Shown piece after piece: positions 48,097-56,440 of a DNA stretch of 64,000 nucleotides (its first letter is position 1; every line of letters starts with the position of its first letter). The translations under genes and the position numbers were made by a program. Under the pieces are notes generated by a model that worked only from the letters and a program-made list of their open reading frames with translations, ran no database searches and was not told the origin of the DNA. This DNA comes from a bacterium (GTDB lineage: Bacteria > Electryoneota > RPQS01). The stretch lies in NCBI GenBank assembly GCA_020846695.1, contig JADLDM010000187.1:1010-65009 (forward strand), written 5' to 3'.

Positions 48097-50544
48097 TCAG
48101 GCAATAACCACTGCGCGAATTTCTTCGTCTGCTTTGGGATAGGGATTCTCGTCCCAAAATTCTCGAAATGCTGTTGACCAATCGCGCGTCGCCGCTCGCG
48201 CTCTTGCAGCGGAGGCCATGCGCTGACGCAACGCCGGCGACTCAACTAATGCGTGCATCGCCTTGCGCCACGCTTCCACGTCATAGCCGGAAAGCACGTA
48301 GCCGCTTTCATCAGGCAAGATAATTTCTTTCGGACCGCCTTCATCGGACACAAGCGACGGCAACCCCGAGGCTTGCGCTTCCAACACCGAGTTGCCGTAA
48401 GTGTCAGTCGTCGAAGGAAACACAAACACGTCACCCGAGGCGTACGCTCTTGCCAGCTGCTTGCCCTTTACGAAGCCCGGCAGCGCGACACATTTCGGAA
48501 GATTGCGCTTCAGAAGTTCGTCGCGATAAGGCCCGTCCCCGACAATCGCAAGCGCGGCCTTCTCCTTCAATAGTTCATCGCGCAGGAAAGCGTCTATCAC
48601 CACGTCAAGATTCTTCTCGCGTGAAACTCTTCCCGTGTAGACAAAGATCACGCGGTCCTTCAAGCCGTGCGGCTCGTAGAAATGTTCGTCACGATGTCGC
48701 GGATTGTAGAAATCGAGATCGGTGCCGCGCGTGTAGATGAAGAGCCTGCGCGGATTGAAACCGTGTTCGACCAACTGCTTTCTGTAGTGATCGCTCGGCG
48801 AATAAACCGCATCCGCTTTGCCGTAGAACCAGCGCATGAACGTCCATGTGTGCTGCTCAAGCCCCTCGTCCCCCGTTATCTGCCGGACGTGCTGCGGGAA
48901 ATCACTGTGATAGATCGCGCGCACCGGAACCCCGAACAGTTTCGATGCGTAAAGCGCAATTAAACCCACCGGCCCCGGCGTCGAAATAATATACTCCGAG
49001 AAATTCTGTGATTCAAGATAGCGCAGCATCTTCAGAATCGGCGGCACCGAGAGCTTCTGCAATTCGTAATCGGGAATCGCCATCTCGCCCACCGGAGGGA
49101 AATTCAGAAACTTTGATCCCTTTGGCGCGCGAGCTTCGACCACCGAACAGATAATTTCAAGATCGGCGTCGAGCTTCTCGGCAACTTCGGACATCTTGTG
49201 CAGAGTCATCGAAACGCCATTCACGTCACTGACCGTATCGGAAAACCACGCGACCTTCTTGCGCGGCGCGGCCTGCGGCAATTCGAGTGTTCCCGAAGTT
49301 CGCTCGCGCAGTGCGGCGATCAGCTTGCGATCGCGATTCAGCTTGTCAAAGGAGAAGAGATACGGGCCGAGCGCGGCCTGCAAGGGCAAAAGCCCCGCGC
49401 CAAACGACAACCCTCTTCCCACTTCACCCGCAGCAAATGCCTCTATCGCCTCTTCCAACAAACGAAAGCTCACGCGGCTGATCAACTGATCCGCCATGCC
49501 ATACAGCCGCTCATCGAACGTGTTCAAAGCATCTCGATCAATTCCACCAAGCCGCTCGCTACGAGGAATCTCACGATACGCCCGATACATTTCACGGATC
49601 AGTTTGCGCTCCAAAGGCGACGGTCGGCGCTTCATCTTCACAAGCTGCTTGATTCCGCTCCAAAGGGAACGCACTACCTTTCGCTTTGTTGGACGCTCAG
49701 GAGTCAAAACGCGCGTCAAAATCAAATCGAGAAGTCCGGGCACTTCGCCTCGCTCCTCGCGAACTCGCCGCGCGTAAACTTGCGCACCCACGCGATACAT
49801 CGAATGCGCCGAAGACATCGTCGAGCCGTGATTGCCACCGGGAGTTCCCGCGCGCTTCCGAAGATGCGCAATAACATCTTCAGGAGTCTTCGCCTCGGGA
49901 ATCTCCGTCCACGTCAAGCCCGCGTACTGTCCGCAGTAATCATTCGACGAACCGATCTGCCCTTTCTGCCACGGCGTGCTCGATGCAGGCTTGATCTTCC
50001 AGCGTCGTTGAATCTGATCGAGATATTCCGGCGTCAACGCATCAAGAAACACCGCCGTGAACTCGTTGGAGCGCTGTTGTCGTCCACCGCTTCTGCTCTC
50101 AAAATGATCAAATAGGAGAAGCAGACGCTCGACGTGATCCGGGCTGAGCTTGCCGTCATAGACTTCAAGCGGCTGCGCGACAACGTGAAAGAGATTCTCC
50201 GACAACAAATACTCGCGCACGTCGTAAAGCTGTGCGCGAAGAGAGAGCATCTTAGCAAGCTGCAAGTCGCCAAGTCCATACACAATCAAACGGACAGGAC
50301 AACCGTCTTCAGGAAAATAGCAGGTTGTCTCGCACGCAGGAATGACATTCGGTAGATGCGCAAGCTCGTGATAGCCTTGAAGCGTGTCGCTGTCCGTAAT
50401 CGCGACAAAATCCATCCCGCGACGACGCGCGAGTTCGTAAGCCGCCTTCGGATCCGTATGCGATTCCGGCACACCGAGCTTCTTCAGAAAGAAATTCGTC
50501 GGGCGATTGGAGTGCTTCGTATGTATGTGCAGATCCGCGCGCAT
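48097..50544 (-). CDS. PHP-domain / GT4 glycosyltransferase fusion
   Basis: N-terminal DLHIHTKHS..MDFVAITD..GSSND; C-terminal DVNGV, GRVSREKN and FPSTTDTYGNSVLEAQASGLP. Confidence 0.85.
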   Translation of the reverse strand: MRADLHIHTKHSNRPTNFFLKKLGVPESHTDPKAAYELARRRGMDFVAITDSDTLQGYHELAHLPNVIPACETTCYFPEDGCPVRLIVYGLGDLQLAKMLSLRAQLYDVREYLLSENLFHVVAQPLEVYDGKLSPDHVERLLLLFDHFESRSGGRQQRSNEFTAVFLDALTPEYLDQIQRRWKIKPASSTPWQKGQIGSSNDYCGQYAGLTWTEIPEAKTPEDVIAHLRKRAGTPGGNHGSTMSSAHSMYRVGAQVYARRVREERGEVPGLLDLILTRVLTPERPTKRKVVRSLWSGIKQLVKMKRRPSPLERKLIREMYRAYREIPRSERLGGIDRDALNTFDERLYGMADQLISRVSFRLLEEAIEAFAAGEVGRGLSFGAGLLPLQAALGPYLFSFDKLNRDRKLIAALRERTSGTLELPQAAPRKKVAWFSDTVSDVNGVSMTLHKMSEVAEKLDADLEIICSVVEARAPKGSKFLNFPPVGEMAIPDYELQKLSVPPILKMLRYLESQNFSEYIISTPGPVGLIALYASKLFGVPVRAIYHSDFPQHVRQITGDEGLEQHTWTFMRWFYGKADAVYSPSDHYRKQLVEHGFNPRRLFIYTRGTDLDFYNPRHRDEHFYEPHGLKDRVIFVYTGRVSREKNLDVVIDAFLRDELLKEKAALAIVGDGPYRDELLKRNLPKCVALPGFVKGKQLARAYASGDVFVFPSTTDTYGNSVLEAQASGLPSLVSDEGGPKEIILPDESGYVLSGYDVEAWRKAMHALVESPALRQRMASAARARAATRDWSTAFREFWDENPYPKADEEIRAVVIA

Positions 50545-50548
50545 GATG

Positions 50549-52006
50549 TTATGCAGCAGATTCCTTCTTATGATGCCAGAGGTAGTAAACCGGAAGTCCG
50601 AGCAGCACGATAATCAAACCGGGCCACGTGAAGTTGGGTTTGTAGATAATCAAATTGATGCAGAAGAGAGCGGCAAGCGCAATGTATAGAATCTGAAAAT
50701 AGGGATAGCCCGGCGCGCGAACGGGACGCTCGTCGTTCGGTCTCAGTTTGCGCAATCTGAAAATTCCATACACCGTGAAAATATAGAAGAGCACGGCGGC
50801 GAAGGTCACGTAGTCCAACAGGTCGCCGTATTTTCCAGAGAGGCACAGCACGCCGGCCCAGATTCCTTGCACAGCAAGCGCAACGCCCGGAACATCCTTC
50901 TTGTTCAACTTGCCGACAGATTTGAAAAAGAGTCCGTGCTGCGCCATCGCGTAATAGACGCGCGCGCCCGTCAGCACGATGCCGTTGTTGCAGCCGAAGG
51001 TCGAAATCATCACGGCAACCGCAATCAACACCGTCGCCGCGCCGCCGAAGATCGTCTCCGTCGCAGCCGTAGCAACGCGGTCGCTCGTCGCGAATGCGAT
51101 TCCTCTTGACACTGTGTCCGCGCCATTGACGTCGCCCGTGATCGGCAGCAGAAAGAGATAGGCAACATTCGTCAGAATGTAGAGCAGCGCGACCAATCCC
51201 GTTCCCAACGCAAGACTCTTGGCAACGGTTTTTCTCGGATCCTTCGTTTCCGCCGCCGTGAAGGTCGAGCTGTTCCAAGCATCGAGTGCAAACAGCGATC
51301 CGACCGACGCAAGACCGAATGCGGTCAAGAGCGCCGTGCCCGATAGCGGTGTTGTTGTCGTGACGCCATCTTTCACTGTGCTCGTTACTGCCGCCCACAT
51401 GTTCGCAAAGTTCTTCACGACAACTTCGGGATTCCCCGCAATGAAGATGCCAAGCCCGATCACCAACAGCAGGACCGCAATTTTTGTCAGTGTGAAGAGA
51501 TTCTGCACAAACTTCCCTTCACGCACGCCGCGCATATTGATGTGGGTCAATACGCCGATCTGCACAATCGCGAGTAATTGTGCCGCCGAAACCTGATAGC
51601 TCCCCGCCTCAAAGAGAATATTCTTCTCGCTGAACCACGGAATAATCACACCGGTAAACTTCGCAAAGGCGACCGCCACCGCCGCAATCGTTCCGCACTG
51701 TATCACCAGAAAAAACGTCCACCCGAAAAGAAATCCAACCAGCGGACTGAAGGCTTCGCGCAAATAGACATATTGCCCCCCCGCCTGCGGATGCATTCCC
51801 GCGAGTTCGCCGTAGCTCGTCGCGGGAATCAAAGTCATAATCGCGCTCACCACCCACACCAACAGAATCCACCCTGACGAACCCATGTAGCGCGCGATGT
51901 CCGCGCTCACTATGAAGATACCTGAGCCGATCATCGAGCCAACGACCAGCATCGTCGCATCCAGGAGTTTCAGTTCACGACGTAACTCCGTGCGCGCCTC
52001 AGCCAT
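50549..52006 (-). CDS. APC-family amino acid permease
   Basis: GSMIGSGIF, YGELAGMHPQAGGQYVYL and GARVYYAMA motifs; about 12 TM helices. Confidence 0.9.
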   Translation of the reverse strand: MAEARTELRRELKLLDATMLVVGSMIGSGIFIVSADIARYMGSSGWILLVWVVSAIMTLIPATSYGELAGMHPQAGGQYVYLREAFSPLVGFLFGWTFFLVIQCGTIAAVAVAFAKFTGVIIPWFSEKNILFEAGSYQVSAAQLLAIVQIGVLTHINMRGVREGKFVQNLFTLTKIAVLLLVIGLGIFIAGNPEVVVKNFANMWAAVTSTVKDGVTTTTPLSGTALLTAFGLASVGSLFALDAWNSSTFTAAETKDPRKTVAKSLALGTGLVALLYILTNVAYLFLLPITGDVNGADTVSRGIAFATSDRVATAATETIFGGAATVLIAVAVMISTFGCNNGIVLTGARVYYAMAQHGLFFKSVGKLNKKDVPGVALAVQGIWAGVLCLSGKYGDLLDYVTFAAVLFYIFTVYGIFRLRKLRPNDERPVRAPGYPYFQILYIALAALFCINLIIYKPNFTWPGLIIVLLGLPVYYLWHHKKESAA

Positions 52007-52109
52007 TGTTATCGCGATGCGTCGTCATCACGCGAATCAGACAATAGACAAACAGTCCGATAATCACTACCCACGAGGTGAGCATCAGAATCCAACCTAT
52101 CGGTTTCAT
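51999..52109 (-). CDS. Small single-TM protein, probable NSS transporter small subunit (MetS-like)
   Basis: MKPIGWILMLTSWVVIIGLFVYCLIRVMTTHRDNNG; ATGA overlap with the NSS gene stop and SD AAGGAG. Confidence 0.7.
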   Translation of the reverse strand: MKPIGWILMLTSWVVIIGLFVYCLIRVMTTHRDNNG

Positions 52110-53719
52110 GAGCGCTCCTTCCCAAACTTGTGGAATCTTCCCTGCTTGTCCGCCTTCCACACCCAATAGACTAACAGGATGAAGAACCCTGTCATCACAA
52201 ATCGCGTGATGCTCATCCAATAGGCGCGATCCGCATCTACACCCTGCATCGTCGCGATCGGCCACCATTCCTGATAGGCCCAGAACAGCAGAAGTAAAAT
52301 CAAATAGGCCGGCGTTACGAAGCGAATGATGAACTTGTAGATCGGAGGAATTTTGATCAGCGCGCCGTGATGCATCTCGTCCCAGCCCTTGTCAATTCCA
52401 AGATACACATTGAAGATCAGCACCATGATCAAACCCGACACCACAGGCAGCACAGATCCCGCCCAGAAGTCCATCTCGTCTAACGTGCCGTGCTGAATAG
52501 TCAGAATGATAAAGCCTGTGATGATAAGATTGATCACGCCCGTCACGGCAAGAGCTTTTTGCCGAGACATTTTCAACTCATCCTTCAGGAATGTAATCAG
52601 CGGCTCTATCAGAGAGACCGATGATGTGATTCCCGCGATAAAAAGCAGAATGAACCAGATGAAACCGACAATCCCTTCTCCGCCCATCTGCGCGAAGATA
52701 TAGGGCATCGTCACGAAGCCGAGATTAAACGAACCCTGTTGCGCGATCTGCTGCGCGCCCGCCACTCCGAAGAACACTGCCGACGCAACGACCGCGATAC
52801 TTCCTCCCAAAACCACTTCGGCAAACTCATTCGCCGTGGTCGCCGTCAAGCCCGAGAGCGCTACATCGTCCTTCGCTTTCAGATAACTTGCATAGGTCAT
52901 GATGCAGCCCATGCCTACCGACAATGTAAAGAAGATTTGCCCCGCCGCTGCAATCCAGACCTTCGCTTCATCAAGTCTGCTCCAATCCGGATTCCACATG
53001 AAGCCCAGCGCATTGTTCACATTCCAATCGGGATGCTCGGCATTCGGTGTCCCAAGCGTCAACACGCGAATCGCCAAAACGATTCCGCACACAAACAAAA
53101 TCGGCATTCCGATTTTTGATAGCTTCTCTATCCCGCCGGAAATGCCCTTATGCAAAACGAAGTAGTTCAACGCGAAAACGATCGCGAACATCATGATCGC
53201 CGTCCACGGCCCGTCGAAGTAATGATTTACTTCCTGACCCGTGAATCCCGCAAGAAACTTGTCCATCTCATGCGCCGCCACCGCTTCCTGATAGCTTCCC
53301 GATACCGAGAAGAAAGCGAACGACAAGGTCCATGTCTCAATGTAAACATAGTAGAACGTGATGCACAACGGAATAAAGATCGTGATGATCCCAAGATATT
53401 TCGCCCACGGTCTTCCCTTCGTCAACCGATGAAACACTCCAGGGCCGCCGCCGTGTTCATGCTGCCCGCCGTATCGTCCCATCGTCCACTCCACCCACGC
53501 GAGCGGAATTCCCAACAGCAGCATCGCGAGAATATACGGAACCATGAAGGCGCCGCCGCCATTTTGCGCCGCCTGCACAGGAAAGCGCAAAAAATTTCCG
53601 AGACCGACGGCGCTCCCCGCAACAGCCATGATGATGCCGATGCGCGAGCCCCAACTGTCCCGGACCTTTGGGATATTGGATGAATCCGATTTGTGCTTCG
53701 TGGGAGAGGACTGAGACAT
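52106..53719 (-). CDS. Sodium-dependent transporter, NSS/SNF (LeuT-like) family
   Basis: GSAVGLGNFLRFP..NGGGAF, AAGQIFFTLSVG and AGITSSVS motifs. Confidence 0.92.
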   Translation of the reverse strand: MSQSSPTKHKSDSSNIPKVRDSWGSRIGIIMAVAGSAVGLGNFLRFPVQAAQNGGGAFMVPYILAMLLLGIPLAWVEWTMGRYGGQHEHGGGPGVFHRLTKGRPWAKYLGIITIFIPLCITFYYVYIETWTLSFAFFSVSGSYQEAVAAHEMDKFLAGFTGQEVNHYFDGPWTAIMMFAIVFALNYFVLHKGISGGIEKLSKIGMPILFVCGIVLAIRVLTLGTPNAEHPDWNVNNALGFMWNPDWSRLDEAKVWIAAAGQIFFTLSVGMGCIMTYASYLKAKDDVALSGLTATTANEFAEVVLGGSIAVVASAVFFGVAGAQQIAQQGSFNLGFVTMPYIFAQMGGEGIVGFIWFILLFIAGITSSVSLIEPLITFLKDELKMSRQKALAVTGVINLIITGFIILTIQHGTLDEMDFWAGSVLPVVSGLIMVLIFNVYLGIDKGWDEMHHGALIKIPPIYKFIIRFVTPAYLILLLLFWAYQEWWPIATMQGVDADRAYWMSITRFVMTGFFILLVYWVWKADKQGRFHKFGKERS

Positions 53720-53798
53720 TCACAAACTCCTTTCTTGACCATGCGCAATGAGGACGTGAACGGGAAGTGGCTTATGGAAAGATAAGAGGACTGAGTAA

Positions 53799-54443
53799 TT
53801 ACGACGCCCGTGCATCCCGCTCAACCTCGGCGCGCAGGGCCTCCAACCGCTCTTCCATGAGCTTCGTGAAGGCGCGCAAGTCGGCGTCGGGACCGGGATG
53901 AGGAATCGGCTCGCCGTAATATAACAAAACTCGTGAAAACGGCAACGGTACGGTGAACCGGTCCCACGAGTTGAAGCGCATCACATGTTTCGAGGCAAAA
54001 ATCGCGGGGATTACATCCGCCCCTGAAGCCAGCGCAATATACGCCGCGCCGGGTTTCATCTTGTAAATCGGCCCGCGCGGCCCGTCGCAAATCATCGCCG
54101 CAGCCTGACCCTTTGCCATCTTCTCAATCATCGCAAGCGCCGCCGCAGATCCCCCCCGCGTCGAACTGCCGCGCACCGTCTCAAAACCTATTTTCTCCAC
54201 AACCCGCGACACCAATTCCCCGTCGCGATGCTGCGAAATCATTGCGACCAGCTTGCGATTGCGACAGTGATAGGTGGGAACCAGAAGGCGCCCGTGCCAC
54301 GTGACGGTCATGAGCGGAGAGCGCGCCCTAAGGCGCGCTTCTACCCGTTCAAAGCCGCGAACTTCAAGCCGCCACGTCGCGCCGAGACTCAGGAGGGCCA
54401 GATGACCGAAACGAGAGCCGAGAAAGAAGAGGAGACGATTGAT
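53799..54443 (-). CDS. DUF374 / lysophospholipid acyltransferase-family protein (start uncertain)
   Basis: WHG, SQHRDGE, RGSSTRGG, DGPRGP and SWDRF.VPLPF motifs. The frame continues plausibly upstream of ATG 54311. Confidence 0.78.
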   Translation of the reverse strand: MNRLLFFLGSRFGHLALLSLGATWRLEVRGFERVEARLRARSPLMTVTWHGRLLVPTYHCRNRKLVAMISQHRDGELVSRVVEKIGFETVRGSSTRGGSAAALAMIEKMAKGQAAAMICDGPRGPIYKMKPGAAYIALASGADVIPAIFASKHVMRFNSWDRFTVPLPFSRVLLYYGEPIPHPGPDADLRAFTKLMEERLEALRAEVERDARAS

Positions 54444-54835
54444 ATGAACGATGCGGTGAGAGACTTGATAACTGCGATCGCGGACTCGGTAACGCTTGCG
54501 GTTTCAACATAGGCATTGCGGGCAACATCTCCCGCGTGATGCGCCGTCATGCGCATCTGACGCGGAGCAGTTGAAAGCTCCAGGGCCGCATACTTCGCGC
54601 CCGCGACCGCCGTGCTCACGCACGTCTTCACGCCAAACGTCACCGCCTGAGACACACTCGAACCCGGATGAAAGCCCGCCCCTCCGTCAATCGAAGGTGA
54701 GCATAGCTGAATCGTCGCACGCTTCGGAGCAACAACACGCTCCGGAGAGTCCGCTCCAACTTGCTCCGTCGCAAGCGCAAGCGAAACTCCGCAGAAGACG
54801 GCAACAACAACTAAGTAGCGCAACGGTAGATTCAT
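54389..54835 (-). CDS. Hypothetical exported/membrane protein
   Basis: SD AAGGAG, signal peptide, hydrophobic C-terminus. Confidence 0.55.
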   Translation of the reverse strand: MNLPLRYLVVVAVFCGVSLALATEQVGADSPERVVAPKRATIQLCSPSIDGGAGFHPGSSVSQAVTFGVKTCVSTAVAGAKYAALELSTAPRQMRMTAHHAGDVARNAYVETASVTESAIAVIKSLTASFISIVSSSFSALVSVIWPS

Positions 54836-55187
54836 GGCAGTCTCCTTGAATCGTGAAACACCAAGCGTTATTTCCGCGCGATCCGGGTACGCGCCGAGAA
54901 TCCTTTGAATAGCAACCTAACATCACGAAAGCGCTGTCCTGCAAGGGCATCGCTTAAACAGATGTCCGAAAATGGCGACAGGAACAAACAATCACTACGG
55001 CGAGAGCAACATTCTCCAGAAAGATTTCCTGTTCTTTCTTCCCGTCTTGCCGGACCCAGGCTTATAGTAGCTCTTCTTTCCTGAGCTACTTTCTCCCTTG
55101 AGTCTCTTTCGTTTCAATAAACTGAAGATCATTTGATAACTCCTCCGTCAACAATTATGCCCAGGAAGACTACAAGCACATTCCGAC

Positions 55188-56393
55188 CTACAGAAACCAG
55201 CACGCACCACAAGCAATAAGCAACTCCTTCGCCATCTGTGCAACTCGTTTCGCCGCACCCGGCTCTCCAAGTCGCGCGCGCACGCGATCTAATTTCGCTC
55301 GCGCATTGCGAATGGCATCAGGAATGGTCAACAAGGGCAGTAGCGCACCCGCCAAAGCATCCGGCGTGGCAGCATCCTGCACAAACTCTGGAACAACTTC
55401 CTCACCCGCGAGTAAATTCGCCATCGCGATGTGCGGCACCTTCACGATGCGCTTACCTATCGCGTAGCTCAGGGGAGAAGTCTTGTAAAAAACAAGGAAC
55501 GGATTTCCGAAGAACGCGGCTTCAACTGTTGAAGAGCCCGACTTCACCAGTGATGCATTCGCGTGACACAACAGCTCGTGCGACACACCCCGCGCGCGAA
55601 TAATCCCGCTGTCCTTCAAATACGAATCAAAAAACTTCGGCGAGATCGTCGGCGCTTCGGCCAAAACCGGCTTCACATCCGGCGCCACTTTTCGCAAGAT
55701 CCGCACCGTCTCCACCACCAGGGGCAGATGCCGTCTTAGTTCCTGCTTTCGTGACCCCGGAAGGAGGCACAAAACACGGTCATCGGGTTCGAGACCCAAT
55801 CTTCTTAAGAACTCGCCTCGCGGAGGGATTTCTCCCACCTCGTCCAGAAGCGGATGCCCGACGAACTCGGCATGGCCGTTAAACTTTTGAAATACTTCAA
55901 CTTCAAAAGGAAAAATCACCGCGATCTTGTCGGCCAAATTAGCCAACTCTGGACCGCGCGACGCTTTCCACGCCCACACCTGAGGAACAATATAATACAA
56001 AATTTGCGGACGGTAAACATCTCGACGCAAATTCAAATATCTGAGGAGGCTGAAATGCATCCCCGGATAGTCAATTAGCAGGATCAAGTCCGGCCGCCGC
56101 GCCATTACCTCTCTGAGTACCGTCCGGCGCACATGGGTCAGATAGGGCAGATGCCGGATCACCTCGGCAAAGCCCATGATCGCCAGCTTCTTCGCATGAA
56201 AGAGCAGCTCCACACCCTCCGCCTGCATCCGATCCCCGCCCAAACCAAAAAACTCCGCCTCGGGCAGCAGCGTTTTCAGCTCCCGAACCACATGTGACCC
56301 GTGAAGATCGCCCGACGCCTCACCAGCGGAGATGAAGACTGTGGTTCTCCCCCTCGCTTCAGCGGGGGGGATCAAGGGGGGGTCTACTTTCAT
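55188..56393 (-). CDS. lpxB: Lipid-A-disaccharide synthase
   Basis: SAGEASGDLHG, IDYPG, PQVWAW, FPFE, VGHPL, LPGSR, SGS.T.E and VPEFVQ motifs. Confidence 0.93.
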   Translation of the reverse strand: MKVDPPLIPPAEARGRTTVFISAGEASGDLHGSHVVRELKTLLPEAEFFGLGGDRMQAEGVELLFHAKKLAIMGFAEVIRHLPYLTHVRRTVLREVMARRPDLILLIDYPGMHFSLLRYLNLRRDVYRPQILYYIVPQVWAWKASRGPELANLADKIAVIFPFEVEVFQKFNGHAEFVGHPLLDEVGEIPPRGEFLRRLGLEPDDRVLCLLPGSRKQELRRHLPLVVETVRILRKVAPDVKPVLAEAPTISPKFFDSYLKDSGIIRARGVSHELLCHANASLVKSGSSTVEAAFFGNPFLVFYKTSPLSYAIGKRIVKVPHIAMANLLAGEEVVPEFVQDAATPDALAGALLPLLTIPDAIRNARAKLDRVRARLGEPGAAKRVAQMAKELLIACGACWFL

Positions 56394-56440
56394 CCATCAA
56401 ATCTAACAATTTCAACCCACTACCGCAAGTGGTCGCCCGC

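Noticed and set aside
54320..54344. GTAG-type REP palindrome (GTAGAAGCGCGCCTTAGGGCGCGCT)
   Set aside because: Single copy, inside a coding stretch whose length fits the family without an insertion.
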